This document shows positions 28,808 to 39,055 of a stretch of 64,000 nucleotides of DNA, in pieces. The stretch spans positions 3,169 to 67,168 of the forward strand of contig JAQSYD010000024.1 in assembly GCA_029256325.1 (NCBI GenBank), written 5' to 3'. The DNA comes from Clostridia bacterium (GTDB taxonomy: Bacteria; Bacillota; Clostridia; Lutisporales; Lutisporaceae). How positions within the stretch are numbered: the stretch's first letter is position 1; the number at the start of each line of letters is the position of its first letter. Below the pieces are notes generated by a model, which was not told the origin of the DNA, did not search any database, and saw only the letters and a program-made list of their open reading frames with translations. Both the position numbers and the translations under genes were made by a program.

Positions 28808-31078
28808 TTAAATAGCCTCTTCATCTAAAATACACGGCAATATAATTATAAACGTCGTTCCCTGTCCCAATTCGCTATATACATCTATTCTACCACCATG
28901 CTCCTTGATGATCTTGTAGCAGACGCTTAATCCCAATCCAGTACCGGAGGCCTTAGTGGTAAAGAAAGGAGTACCCATCTTTTCTAAATTTTCCGCCGTA
29001 ATCCCTTTTCCATTATCCTTTATTTTTATAAATATCTCATTGGTTTCCTCTATCACGCCTGTTTCTATAATAAGCTTGGCATTCGTCTGATCTGCCATGG
29101 CGTCTATGCCATTCTTGCAAATATTTAATATAACCTGTTTCAGCTGCGATTCATCACACAGCATATATCTCATATCATCACACAGCTGCATTTCAAGATT
29201 TACTCCCCTTATCAAGGATGAGCTTTCTATAATGCTTTTTATTGACTCAAAAACATCGTAAATGGAAACCTCTCCAAGCTCTGTTTCTCTTGGCTTGGAT
29301 AAAAACAGAAACTCACTGATTATTCGATTCACCTCTTCTACATCACTGTTAATCTTAGCAGAATGTTTTTTGATATTTTCATCCTCAGTCAGCAGATCAA
29401 TAAGCTGACATCTTCCCTTAATGGTTGTGAGAAAATTTCTGGTCTCATGTACGATGCCGGCTCCCATCTGCCCTAAAAGTGCCAGCTTTTCTTGCTGCAC
29501 CATCCTTTGCTGTTCTTTCTTCTGCTCTGTAATATCCGTACTTACTCCAATACCTCCAATGATCTCCCCTTCTATATTCTTTATTGGCGCAAAATAAAGA
29601 TTAAGCTCCTTTTTATTCCCCTTAAAAGAGGTCAAATATACATCGAATACTTGTCCGGTCATTTCTTCATTGATCATGTTATCTGGAAGTTTCGTACATC
29701 CGGCACAGGTAAGCTCGTTTAAATAATCTAGTTGCATACCCAATACCTGACTTCGCTCAACTTCGTAAATCTCTTCAAAAACCTTATTAACCAATACTAT
29801 TTTTTTGTTCTCATCAATGATCATGACACCATTGTTAATAGAATTTAATATAGTCTCTGTTTGTATATTAAGATTTTGCAGCTCTTGTTCTTTCTTGGTG
29901 TCATGGAGCATAACAAGTGTCCCATTTCTTATAGCACGAGTTTTAACGGATAACTTTATGGGTTCACCTTTTAAGGTTCTAAAGGTTCTTATGGTTGCTG
30001 CCGTTTCAGTTTTCGATAAATCTGATTGAAGGGAGTTTTCAACCATAGCCGCTACTTCTAAGGTTGATAGATCTCCCATTTTGTCTCCGCTGCAATGTAA
30101 AAGCTCTTTGAACTTTTTGTTTGTATACTTTAGCTTTCCCTTCTTGTCATACTTTTGTATGCCGATAGGCAATGCATCCAACAAATCCTTCAGCGTATTA
30201 CTCATATGGGTTATCTCATGATTTATGATCTCCAGCTTTTTATGTTCTAACTCCAGTTCGGCATAAGGGTATATTACTGTACTGATAAAACTGCCTTTAA
30301 ATAAATAAAAGTACGATATAATTTTCAATATATGCCCTACTGTCCATGAAATATTGCTTATCAAAATATAGGTTGTAAAGAAAACTTCTGCACAAATGCT
30401 TAACAAAAGGGATACAAATATGTATTTATAAGTTATTTTACCCTTATCGTGTAATTTATCCTTCATGCTAAATAAACTGACAATGTATATTGCAATAATC
30501 ACATATTCAAGAAATATTTTGATGGGAGTCACCCCTTGCGCCGTCAAAAGAAGTGGCAATACATCATGATAAGCTACCACAAAATATGAAAATCCTGCAG
30601 CTAAGCCTAGCGTGACCCATATGTTCGTGTACTTTGAAATAAAAATTTTACAGGAGGTTACTACCATAAGAATTGTTACTGCTTCTGTCAGTCTACCTAA
30701 AATCCAAAACCTGGTAGAAAGGTCAAAATAAGATATTGCTGTTAAATCAAGCTTTAAGTGATAATAGACATGCAAAGCGTCAAAAATAGCTACAATAAGA
30801 TATCCAAATCCTAAAATATTGTTGCTATCACCGCTTTTATCCCAGGTATACCAAATTGAAATGAAAATGGATAATGCAATGAAAATACAGGACATTTCAA
30901 GAACTGTATGATACAGATTAATATTGCTAATCCAGCTATTCTGCACCAGCATAGCTATAGCCAGGGACGCGAAAAACATAAGCAAAAACCGCATAAGTAT
31001 GGGTCCCATAGGTCTTGAGAAAAAGTTGTTATTATTCTTTAATGTCAACATCAACAGCACCCCACAATATAAAATCAT
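28808..31078 (-). CDS. Sensor histidine kinase with polytopic N-terminal membrane domain (MASE3-like) and PAS domains
   Basis: About 8 predicted TM helices, then two PAS-like segments, H-box region GIVHETRNFL and an HATPase (DNGKGI, GTGLGLS). No adjacent response regulator. The start codon is uncertain. Confidence 0.85.
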   Translation of the reverse strand: MILYCGVLLMLTLKNNNNFFSRPMGPILMRFLLMFFASLAIAMLVQNSWISNINLYHTVLEMSCIFIALSIFISIWYTWDKSGDSNNILGFGYLIVAIFDALHVYYHLKLDLTAISYFDLSTRFWILGRLTEAVTILMVVTSCKIFISKYTNIWVTLGLAAGFSYFVVAYHDVLPLLLTAQGVTPIKIFLEYVIIAIYIVSLFSMKDKLHDKGKITYKYIFVSLLLSICAEVFFTTYILISNISWTVGHILKIISYFYLFKGSFISTVIYPYAELELEHKKLEIINHEITHMSNTLKDLLDALPIGIQKYDKKGKLKYTNKKFKELLHCSGDKMGDLSTLEVAAMVENSLQSDLSKTETAATIRTFRTLKGEPIKLSVKTRAIRNGTLVMLHDTKKEQELQNLNIQTETILNSINNGVMIIDENKKIVLVNKVFEEIYEVERSQVLGMQLDYLNELTCAGCTKLPDNMINEEMTGQVFDVYLTSFKGNKKELNLYFAPIKNIEGEIIGGIGVSTDITEQKKEQQRMVQQEKLALLGQMGAGIVHETRNFLTTIKGRCQLIDLLTEDENIKKHSAKINSDVEEVNRIISEFLFLSKPRETELGEVSIYDVFESIKSIIESSSLIRGVNLEMQLCDDMRYMLCDESQLKQVILNICKNGIDAMADQTNAKLIIETGVIEETNEIFIKIKDNGKGITAENLEKMGTPFFTTKASGTGLGLSVCYKIIKEHGGRIDVYSELGQGTTFIIILPCILDEEAI

Positions 31079-31146
31079 TTTTAATCATAACATAAAATAG
31101 AAATTTATAAAATATTCAGTTAACATAACCAAGAACCTCGCATATA

Positions 31147-31190
31147 AGAAAAAAGGCATATTTACAATATACCTTCTGTAAATATGCCTT
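31147..31190 (-). terminator. Rho-independent terminator downstream of the YczE-like gene
   Basis: A 14-bp stem aaggcatatttaca / tgtaaatatgcctt followed on the minus strand by UUUUUCUU. Confidence 0.7.
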
Positions 31191-31196
31191 GCTATT

Positions 31197-31874
31197 TTAT
31201 TCGTTGGTAGGCTTTACGAACAGCCCTTTTAAAAATCTTATATCATCCTCCACATATCTATGCTTTACAGCCTTCACATCAAACTTGAAGAGCTTAAAAG
31301 CAAATTGCACAAAGTATCCCATGCCTAACGCGATAACAATGGTTCCAACTCCCACAAAGCCTCCTAAAAAATAACCTACTATAAGAACTGTTATCTCAAT
31401 GCAATTTCTTATAAAACGTACAGATTTTCCGGTCTTTTTTGTAAGTAGTACCATTAACCCATCCCTTGGTCCTGACCCCAAGCCAGCACCAATATAAAAA
31501 TAGCTTGCCAAACCAATGACAAACATGCCGCCTAGCATCATAAATATCTGAAGTATTGTATTTTCATAAATAGGTATGAGATTATTAAGCATCAGAATAT
31601 CCATGAATATTCCAATAAAAAGCATATTAGAAAGTGTACCCCATCCCAACTTTTCACCTACGAAATAATTCATAACAACAATGATGATACCCATCGATAT
31701 ACTAGCTTGTCCCATTGTAATACCAATCGTCTTTGAAAGACCCTGGTGGAATACATCCCAAGGACCTAAACCCAGATTGGCGTTTATCGTCATTACAATA
31801 CCTACTGCATATAGAAACAAACCCACAAATAATCTGCTTCCACGCAGCATGCCGTTCTTTAAATTTTCTTTCAC
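31197..31874 (-). CDS. YczE/YitT-like integral membrane protein
   Basis: 225 aa and polytopic, with the motif NLGLGPWDVFHQG that I associate with the YczE family. Confidence 0.65.
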   Translation of the reverse strand: MKENLKNGMLRGSRLFVGLFLYAVGIVMTINANLGLGPWDVFHQGLSKTIGITMGQASISMGIIIVVMNYFVGEKLGWGTLSNMLFIGIFMDILMLNNLIPIYENTILQIFMMLGGMFVIGLASYFYIGAGLGSGPRDGLMVLLTKKTGKSVRFIRNCIEITVLIVGYFLGGFVGVGTIVIALGMGYFVQFAFKLFKFDVKAVKHRYVEDDIRFLKGLFVKPTNE

Positions 31875-31970
31875 ATCGACACCCCCACATTATATTATCA
31901 TGAAATAAGATACCCCCGCAAATATTATCAACGGCCGCTTTATAACTGAGACTTTAATGCCAGGTTAAAT

Positions 31971-32008
31971 AAAGGCTATTATATAGTCCGTCCTATATAA
32001 TAGCCTTT
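31971..32008 (-). terminator. Stem-loop terminator downstream of the CheR-like gene
   Basis: Perfect 16-bp stem aaaggctattatatag / ctatataatagccttt followed on the minus strand by AUUUAACC. Confidence 0.6.
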
Positions 32009-32018
32009 ATCACCAGTC

Positions 32019-33146
32019 TTATTTCTTCTTAAATATCTTATTGACACTATCTACTTCATAAAAGAATTCATTTCCTCCATTATGCAATATCCCTTCGCTT
32101 TTACCCAAGTTTAAAAATCCATTTTTGTCTAGGGAGTATGAAAGCCTTTCCAAAACTTGTCTCTGCAGTTCCGGCGTAAAGTAGATCAGAACATTTCTAC
32201 ACATAATGAGCTGGAATTCATTCAGTATTCCATTCCCATCCAAGCTGTGCTGAAAAAACAAGATGTTTTTCTTTAGCTGTTCATCAATTTCAATATATTC
32301 ACCCTTCAAGTAGAAGTAATCCATGAAGCTGCCGCTTCCTCCAGCTTGTCTATAATTACATATGTTATTCTCCAAAACCTTTAAGGGGTATAAGCCGTTT
32401 TTTGCTTCTTCTATAACAAAGGGATTAATATCCGTTGCATATATTTGAGTTTTATTCAACAACCCCATTTCACTTAGCAGTATTGCAAGTGAATATGCTT
32501 CTTGCCCCGTGGAGCAGCCGGCACACCACATCTTCAAATTGGAAAAGGACCTTAAGTATGGTATGACTCTGTTCTTCATTTCCTTATATACCTCTGGATC
32601 TCTAAAAAAACCTGTGGTATTCACTGAAAGATGTAAAAATAGCTGCTCAAAAATCTGCTCATTTTGCAGCACTGCCTCTTGAAACTTTTTAAAGCTTCGA
32701 ATACTTTCCTTGAGCATACAAGCTTTTATCCGTCGAATAATACTCTCTATTTGATATTTAGTATAGTCATAGCCATATTGCTCCTTTACCTGCTGCAAAA
32801 ACACCATCACTTCTTCCGGCTCAGCAATATTACTTTGTCCTGATTTATTTTCTACTCTGTACCTGCAGTCTCTATAACTACTTTGTATACCCAGACTAAA
32901 TAAATACGAAAACAAATATGATTTTAATACAAACAGTTTTACTCTATTATTTTGTCGCAGCTGATAAAGTCTTTCTATGACTCTTTTTCCAAGTATATTG
33001 GCATCAATAAAAGTAATATACAGAATGTGATTGATGTTTTCCTGTATTAGCTGTAGAAAGTATACCTCATCATAAGTACTTTCCAGTTCTCCCATAATGT
33101 TTATATGACAGTTCTTTTTGGCATCATGATATAGTTTTATGCTCAT
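32019..33146 (-). CDS. CheR-type protein-glutamate O-methyltransferase with an extra ~100-aa N-terminal domain
   Basis: CheR core with FFRDPEVY and the SAM-binding MWCAGCSTGQEAYSLAILL. The first ~100 aa have no CheR counterpart. I place the start at the ATG at 33146 (RBS AAGGGA). Confidence 0.85.
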   Translation of the reverse strand: MSIKLYHDAKKNCHINIMGELESTYDEVYFLQLIQENINHILYITFIDANILGKRVIERLYQLRQNNRVKLFVLKSYLFSYLFSLGIQSSYRDCRYRVENKSGQSNIAEPEEVMVFLQQVKEQYGYDYTKYQIESIIRRIKACMLKESIRSFKKFQEAVLQNEQIFEQLFLHLSVNTTGFFRDPEVYKEMKNRVIPYLRSFSNLKMWCAGCSTGQEAYSLAILLSEMGLLNKTQIYATDINPFVIEEAKNGLYPLKVLENNICNYRQAGGSGSFMDYFYLKGEYIEIDEQLKKNILFFQHSLDGNGILNEFQLIMCRNVLIYFTPELQRQVLERLSYSLDKNGFLNLGKSEGILHNGGNEFFYEVDSVNKIFKKK

Positions 33147-33161
33147 ACCCAATCCCTTTTT

Positions 33162-36100
33162 CTATTTACTAATCCAAGCTTTTACTAATCGTACCAAAGT
33201 ATCATAATCTACAGGCTTGGATATATAATCATTAGCCCCGGCTGTTATGCACTTTTCCCTATCATCCTTTAAAGACTTGGCAGTAACCGCGATAATAGGG
33301 ATATTTCCATAAGTCTTGCTGCTTCTTATGGTCTTTATAACTTTATATCCATCCATGACCGGCATCATGATATCAATCAAAACCAAATCCACTTTCTGCT
33401 GCTCCAACAACTCCAAGGCTAAATTGCCATTTTCAGCCTCTAATATTTCGGCACCAAAATCCTCAAGAGCAGAAGCTAAAACAAATATATTTCTTGGGTC
33501 ATCATCTACTATAAGAATCTTTTTTTCTTTCAAGGTCAATGCATTCTGTTTATTGGTTCTTGAAATAAGATAATGGGGCTTTCGGTCTTTTTTCTCAAGC
33601 TTATGTAAAAACAAAGTTACTTCATCCAATAGCCGATCATCTGAATTTGCTGTTTTAATGATGATACTGTCGGCATATTTACCTATCTCTTTTTCCTGTT
33701 CCTCAGTTAAAGCTCTTCCCGTATATATAATCAAGGGAGTTTCAATTTTCTTTATTTGCATAAAATTGCAAATATCAATGCCTTCACCACATTTCATTTC
33801 TAAATCCAATATGATGGCATCATAGCTGCCGTCTTGAATTTTAACTTTGGCAGCTTCCGCAGTATCAACTGTGTCAATGGCTAAACCTATGCCCTCCAGC
33901 AGCTCTTTTATCGAATTACACTGGATTTTATTGTCCTCTACTATAAGTAAACGCTTTTGCCCTTTTTCTTTTATTTGGATCATCCTAGCAATAATTCCGG
34001 CAATCTCCTCTTCTTGAAGAGGCTTTTCTTTATATCCTACGGCACCCATCTTCTGAGGAGCATTGTCCTTATTCTTTGAAGATAGGACATGAACAGGAAT
34101 ATTTCTTAGCTTATGTGTATTCTTAAGCTCTTTTAAAACCTCCATGCCGGTGATATCGGGCAAATTCAGATCCAGCAATATGGCATCGACAGGATTACTT
34201 AATGCATACTTGAGACCATCTCTTCCGGTAGCAGCAATAATTGAGTTGTAGCCCATGCTGGTATTGATCTTTTTAATATAATCCGCAAAGATTTCATCAT
34301 CCTCAATAATCAATATTGTTCGATCCGTTTCCATTGCGATTGCGACTTCTTTTAAAGCGAGTCCTTCTATTGGCTCCACTCTAATTCCCAGCACATCCTG
34401 CTGATTATTTACCGAGGTTGCCGCATCTCTTAAAATTAATGTAAAGCTGCTGCCTTTTCCTTCCTCACTTTGAACATGGATTTCTCCATTCATTACCTCT
34501 GCAAGCTTCTTTGATATGGATAATCCCAGACCCGAGCCACCATAATTTCTCGATATTGAGCCATCCCCCTGATGGAATTCTTCAAATATCCTGTTTATGT
34601 TATCCTTAGATACTCCTATTCCTGTATCCGTTATTACCATATGTATATCATTATTTTCACATGGTTTTATATCAAGGCTGACCGTTCCTTCATTGGTAAA
34701 TTTAATAGCATTAGAAAGCAAATTTCTAATAATTTGTGATATCTTATTGTAATCTCCATAAATCTTAGAATTTACAAAATCCTTGCATACAAGCTTGATA
34801 TCCTTTTCTTGTGCAACACCCTCAAACATTTTCTTAACCTCTTTAAGAAAATCCTTTGTACTAAACTCCTGATTGTCTATATTCATTTTCCCTGCTTCAA
34901 TCTTTGATAAGTCCAATATGTCATTTATCAATCTTAATAGCTCTTGTCCTGAATTATAGATGACATCCAACTTCTCTAAATGGCTTTTGCTCAAATCCCT
35001 CTTTTCATTCTTCATCAGCAGCCTGGAGAGTAGAATGATAGAATTTAAAGGTGTCCTCAATTCATGAGACATATTAGCCAGGAACTGCGATTTATACTTA
35101 TTGGCAGATTCCAGCTCCTTTGAATGCTTCAAGAGCTCCATCCTAGAGGACTCCAACTGCTTATTTCTAATATTCAGCAGCTTTGTTTGCTCCTCCATCA
35201 ATAGCTGATGTTCTTCCAACTGCATATTTGTTTGCTGAAGCTCTTCACTTTGCTGCTGTAAGCGAAGCTGCTGTTCCTCCAGCATTTGATTGGTTTTAAG
35301 CAGCTGGCTGGAATTATAGCTGGCTTCCATTTGTGATTTTTGCGATATCTCCAAGAGACTTTTCACTTTATGGTTTTGAATTTCTGAATAAACATTAGCA
35401 GCTATTATTTCTCCAGCTTCCTTTAAAAATTCACGTTTCATATCATCAAAGGGTTCATAGGATGCCAGCTCAACAACGCCATGCATGATGCCCTCAAAAA
35501 TCAAAGGGAAAGTATATATGTTTATGGGCGCTTCCAGCATCACACCCGTCGATATATAGCCTTCATATGCTCTTATATTTTCCATATAAATCGGTATTTT
35601 TTCCAATCCAGCCTGTCCTATAATACCCTCACCAAGCGCGTAGCTTCCAAATCTTCGTTCCTTTTCTGTATAAGCGTAAGAGGCATGAAGCTCCAGCTGT
35701 TTGCTATCATGATTATATATGTATAAAGCTCCTTTACCTATTCCTAAGGTTTTAACAATAAAACCCAGGCATCTTTGAGTCATATCCTTTAAGTCGGAGG
35801 AGGCTGATATTTCTTGATTAAGAGAATTTTGTCCATCCTTTAGCCAAAACTGATTTCTCAGCTTCTGTATTAATACATTGTAGTATTTTGCTATACCTGC
35901 AATTTCATTGTTTCCTTCTAGTACGGCGTCCCTTAAAACTCCCGTTACTGCACTTTCGTTCATCGTATGCTGCAGCATGCTTATAGATCTTACTATGCTT
36001 CTTATTACCAAACTAAATAAAATAATAAAAAATATACTAAGCCCAATATTAATTACAATTAGAAGTCTTTCCAAGTCAGTCTGAATCTCGTTTGCCTGCT

Positions 36101-36629
36101 TTACCAATTGAGATGCTCTATACTTTGCATTATTATCAATTCTTATAAGGTTTTGCTCAATGGACTCTGCCAATATGATATTTGTGCCTTTACTAACTTC
36201 AATAGCTATTTGTTTGTTTCCTTGAAGAAACTCCTTCAGTATCTGATCCTGATTTTTTCTCCATTTAATAAAGCTCTCTCTAACACTCTTTTCTAATTCC
36301 AGGGAATCCTCACTGGCTACATAAGCTCTGATATGATCAAGGCTGGCATATATTCTCCGTTCCAAAAATGATACTTCCAACAATGCCGCTTTAAAATGAT
36401 CTTGATTTTCAGCTGCCAGCATATCTCTAACTTGCTCTTGCAGCTTCGCAATATCTACTCTGGCCTCCATAACTGCAGAAGACACCTTTAATGGATCATC
36501 ATATATGCTGTTTGTAACATGCTCCAACTCCCCAACCTTCACTATAGCAAACAAACCAAAGCCAATAAATGCTATAATGAATACAACCAAGACAGCTATA
36601 AGTCTACTTTTTATACTTATATGCCTCAT
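33162..36629 (-). CDS. Hybrid sensor histidine kinase (TM-bounded helical sensor, HAMP, GAF, coiled coil, HisKA/HATPase, three receiver domains)
   Basis: 1155 aa with H-box SHELRTPLNSI, an HATPase (DTGIGV, GSGLGLSI) and three REC modules (LIIEDDE.., LLIVEDN.., ILIVDDDP..). Confidence 0.9.
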   Translation of the reverse strand: MRHISIKSRLIAVLVVFIIAFIGFGLFAIVKVGELEHVTNSIYDDPLKVSSAVMEARVDIAKLQEQVRDMLAAENQDHFKAALLEVSFLERRIYASLDHIRAYVASEDSLELEKSVRESFIKWRKNQDQILKEFLQGNKQIAIEVSKGTNIILAESIEQNLIRIDNNAKYRASQLVKQANEIQTDLERLLIVINIGLSIFFIILFSLVIRSIVRSISMLQHTMNESAVTGVLRDAVLEGNNEIAGIAKYYNVLIQKLRNQFWLKDGQNSLNQEISASSDLKDMTQRCLGFIVKTLGIGKGALYIYNHDSKQLELHASYAYTEKERRFGSYALGEGIIGQAGLEKIPIYMENIRAYEGYISTGVMLEAPINIYTFPLIFEGIMHGVVELASYEPFDDMKREFLKEAGEIIAANVYSEIQNHKVKSLLEISQKSQMEASYNSSQLLKTNQMLEEQQLRLQQQSEELQQTNMQLEEHQLLMEEQTKLLNIRNKQLESSRMELLKHSKELESANKYKSQFLANMSHELRTPLNSIILLSRLLMKNEKRDLSKSHLEKLDVIYNSGQELLRLINDILDLSKIEAGKMNIDNQEFSTKDFLKEVKKMFEGVAQEKDIKLVCKDFVNSKIYGDYNKISQIIRNLLSNAIKFTNEGTVSLDIKPCENNDIHMVITDTGIGVSKDNINRIFEEFHQGDGSISRNYGGSGLGLSISKKLAEVMNGEIHVQSEEGKGSSFTLILRDAATSVNNQQDVLGIRVEPIEGLALKEVAIAMETDRTILIIEDDEIFADYIKKINTSMGYNSIIAATGRDGLKYALSNPVDAILLDLNLPDITGMEVLKELKNTHKLRNIPVHVLSSKNKDNAPQKMGAVGYKEKPLQEEEIAGIIARMIQIKEKGQKRLLIVEDNKIQCNSIKELLEGIGLAIDTVDTAEAAKVKIQDGSYDAIILDLEMKCGEGIDICNFMQIKKIETPLIIYTGRALTEEQEKEIGKYADSIIIKTANSDDRLLDEVTLFLHKLEKKDRKPHYLISRTNKQNALTLKEKKILIVDDDPRNIFVLASALEDFGAEILEAENGNLALELLEQQKVDLVLIDIMMPVMDGYKVIKTIRSSKTYGNIPIIAVTAKSLKDDREKCITAGANDYISKPVDYDTLVRLVKAWISK

Positions 36630-36652
36630 GATATATCCCCCTAATTCATGAT

Positions 36653-37924
36653 CTAAAAATAAATATCCGAAAACTCAATATTGATTTTCTCTACTACCCT
36701 CTGCCTATCGTCATACACAGAGTTGATATAGCGTCTTGCCCCTTCATCTTCAGTCCCGCTCGGAAGCTCTATGGTAAATTCTGTGCCCTTATGTTCTTCA
36801 CTGTAAACCTTGATAGTGCCGCCATGCATCTGCACCAATGACTGAACAAGGCTTAGACCAATCCCACTGCCCTCATGCCTCCTGGTCAACAGCTCGTCTA
36901 CCTGCTTAAAACGTTCAAATATAATGTTAATCTTTTCTTTATCTATTCCTACACCAGTATCCTTTATGGCTATAATCATTCCATCCGGTACACTTTGGAG
37001 ATTTACATAAATACATCCGCCGGAGGGTGTATATTTAATTGCATTAGAAAGTAAGTTCAGAACAATTCTCTCAATGGCATCCGGATCAAAATACATGAGT
37101 GCTTCTTCTGTATCGGTATCAAAAATCAAATTAATACCTTTATTTTCTATATATTCCACTACACTCATAGTAATAGACTCTACAATCTGTACAATATTGC
37201 CTTTTCTTTTTATTATTTGAAAATTTCCCGAGTCAATTTTTGTAATATCAATTAAATTGTTAACCAATCTCAAAAGTCTATAGCAGTTTTGCACTTGCAA
37301 ATTAACCTTTTTCTCTACCTGCTCTTTATTCAGTTCATTCTTGTTCAAATATAATCTAAGCATCTGGTTGGTGCTCATGATAATATTCAGGGGAGTTCTT
37401 AGTTCGTGGGAAATGTTGGCCAAAAACATACTTTTTGCCTCATTGGCTGCTTCTGCCTCTTCCTTAGCAAGACGAAGCTCCATGGTCTGTTCCTTAACCT
37501 TTTGCTCCAGCTCTAAATTAAGATTTCTTTCCTTCTCAATGATCCTTAAGTAAACATTTATTCTATTGATAAGCTGATACTCATCAATGGGCTTTGTGAG
37601 ATAGTCCACCGCCCCTATTTCAAAGCCTCTCCTCCTGAAATCTTCATTTGTACAGGAGGCAGTTAAAAAAACAATAGGAATATCCCTTGTCTTTTTCCTT
37701 TGCTTTATAAGTGCTGCTATTTCAAAGCCATCCATGTCTTCCATCTGTATGTCTAGAATTATCAAGTCCACATCGTTTTTCGAAAGCTCCTGTAGTGCCT
37801 TAGGTCCACAGTCAGCTTCAATGACACGAGCATCTATATACTCTTGGATCAAGCTTCTTAAAGAAAAAAGATTATTTCCATTGTCATCTACTATCAAAAT
37901 TGTGTAACTTGTAGTTCTTTCCAC
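36653..37924 (-). CDS. Receiver-histidine kinase fusion (REC-HisKA-HATPase)
   Basis: N-terminal REC (ILIVDDN, LIILDIQMEDMDG), then H-box SHELRTPLNII and an HATPase (DTGVGI, GSGIGLS). GTG start with RBS AGGGGGA. Confidence 0.9.
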   Translation of the reverse strand: MERTTSYTILIVDDNGNNLFSLRSLIQEYIDARVIEADCGPKALQELSKNDVDLIILDIQMEDMDGFEIAALIKQRKKTRDIPIVFLTASCTNEDFRRRGFEIGAVDYLTKPIDEYQLINRINVYLRIIEKERNLNLELEQKVKEQTMELRLAKEEAEAANEAKSMFLANISHELRTPLNIIMSTNQMLRLYLNKNELNKEQVEKKVNLQVQNCYRLLRLVNNLIDITKIDSGNFQIIKRKGNIVQIVESITMSVVEYIENKGINLIFDTDTEEALMYFDPDAIERIVLNLLSNAIKYTPSGGCIYVNLQSVPDGMIIAIKDTGVGIDKEKINIIFERFKQVDELLTRRHEGSGIGLSLVQSLVQMHGGTIKVYSEEHKGTEFTIELPSGTEDEGARRYINSVYDDRQRVVEKINIEFSDIYF

Positions 37925-38011
37925 AATATCCCCCCTAAAAACAAAAAAGACTTACCATATATATTGTATAACATATGGGAAATATGTCAATTTTTTGTGA
38001 ATCATGAAACA

Positions 38012-38041
38012 AAAGAGAAGTAGATTGCTCTACTTCTCTTT
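38012..38041 (-). terminator. Stem-loop overlapping the EamA gene stop codon (possible terminator)
   Basis: A 12-bp stem aaagagaagtag / ctacttctcttt. The U-tract is weak. Confidence 0.4.
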
Positions 38042-38932
38042 TGTTTCTTTTATATATTCTGCTTTGGAGCTTTGAACCAATACAATTCCTATGATAACGA
38101 CGATCATGGATATTACTACAGATATGGTTATTGGTTCTCCAAGCAGCAAGGCTCCTAGTATAATTGCAACGATGGGATTGACATAGGCATAAGTTCCTGC
38201 CTTCGCAGCTGTCCATTTTTGAAGAATATAAATATAGCAGCTGTAGCCCACAAAGGAGCCAAATACGATAAGATAGATTAGGGCCAGCACTGAATTTAAT
38301 GTAAAATGCACCTCAGCAAATTCGCCTTTTATGAGAGAAACTATTGTAAGCCCTATACCTCCTGCAAACATTTGCGTGCCTATATTTGCAAATATATGTC
38401 CCTTAAACTTGATTGCTTTGGAATGTACCGATCCTGCAGCCCAGAAAAGACTTGCAAGCATTAATACTATCAAACCCTTAAGATCTATAACGGCAGTAGC
38501 GGTATCCCCTAAAATCAGATAAGCAGCTCCTCCAAAGCCAAGTAACAATCCACTTACTGATTTAAAATCCATTTTAACACTTCTCAGGAAGAAAAATTCT
38601 ATGATTGCCATAAACAATGGAACTGTCGCAATAATAAGAGAAGCAATTCCCGAGCTTACCCACTGTTCAGCATAAACCACCAAACCATTGCCACACAACA
38701 ACATCAAAAGCCCTACAATGACCATATTGGTTAAATCTGATTTATCCTTAGGCAATTCATAGCCTTTTAGCTTACAATAACCCAGCATCAAGGCTCCCGC
38801 AATTATAAATCTAATTCCTGCAAACAACAAAGGCGGCGAATCCTGCACCCCTACTCTTATTGCAAGATAGGTAGAACCCCAGAAGAAGCATACTGCCAAA
38901 TATGCCAGCAGGGCTTTTCGATTTTCATCCAA
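38030..38932 (-). CDS. EamA/DMT-family transporter
   Basis: 300 aa with ten predicted TM helices in two EamA-like halves. Confidence 0.85.
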   Translation of the reverse strand: MDENRKALLAYLAVCFFWGSTYLAIRVGVQDSPPLLFAGIRFIIAGALMLGYCKLKGYELPKDKSDLTNMVIVGLLMLLCGNGLVVYAEQWVSSGIASLIIATVPLFMAIIEFFFLRSVKMDFKSVSGLLLGFGGAAYLILGDTATAVIDLKGLIVLMLASLFWAAGSVHSKAIKFKGHIFANIGTQMFAGGIGLTIVSLIKGEFAEVHFTLNSVLALIYLIVFGSFVGYSCYIYILQKWTAAKAGTYAYVNPIVAIILGALLLGEPITISVVISMIVVIIGIVLVQSSKAEYIKETKEK

Positions 38933-39055
38933 TTTTTAACCCCCTCAAATGACTTCTTTATCTAATTATATTGTACCCCTCATCATAATAATATTTTATT
39001 TTGATGAGCAACTCAATATTTGATATATAATTAACCTGCCTAAAGCGGCATTCCC

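Noticed and set aside
37935-38216. 93-aa ORF overlapping the 3' end of the EamA transporter gene
   Set aside because: It is an alternative frame of a convincing 10-TM transporter CDS, with Cys/Arg/His-rich nonsense composition.
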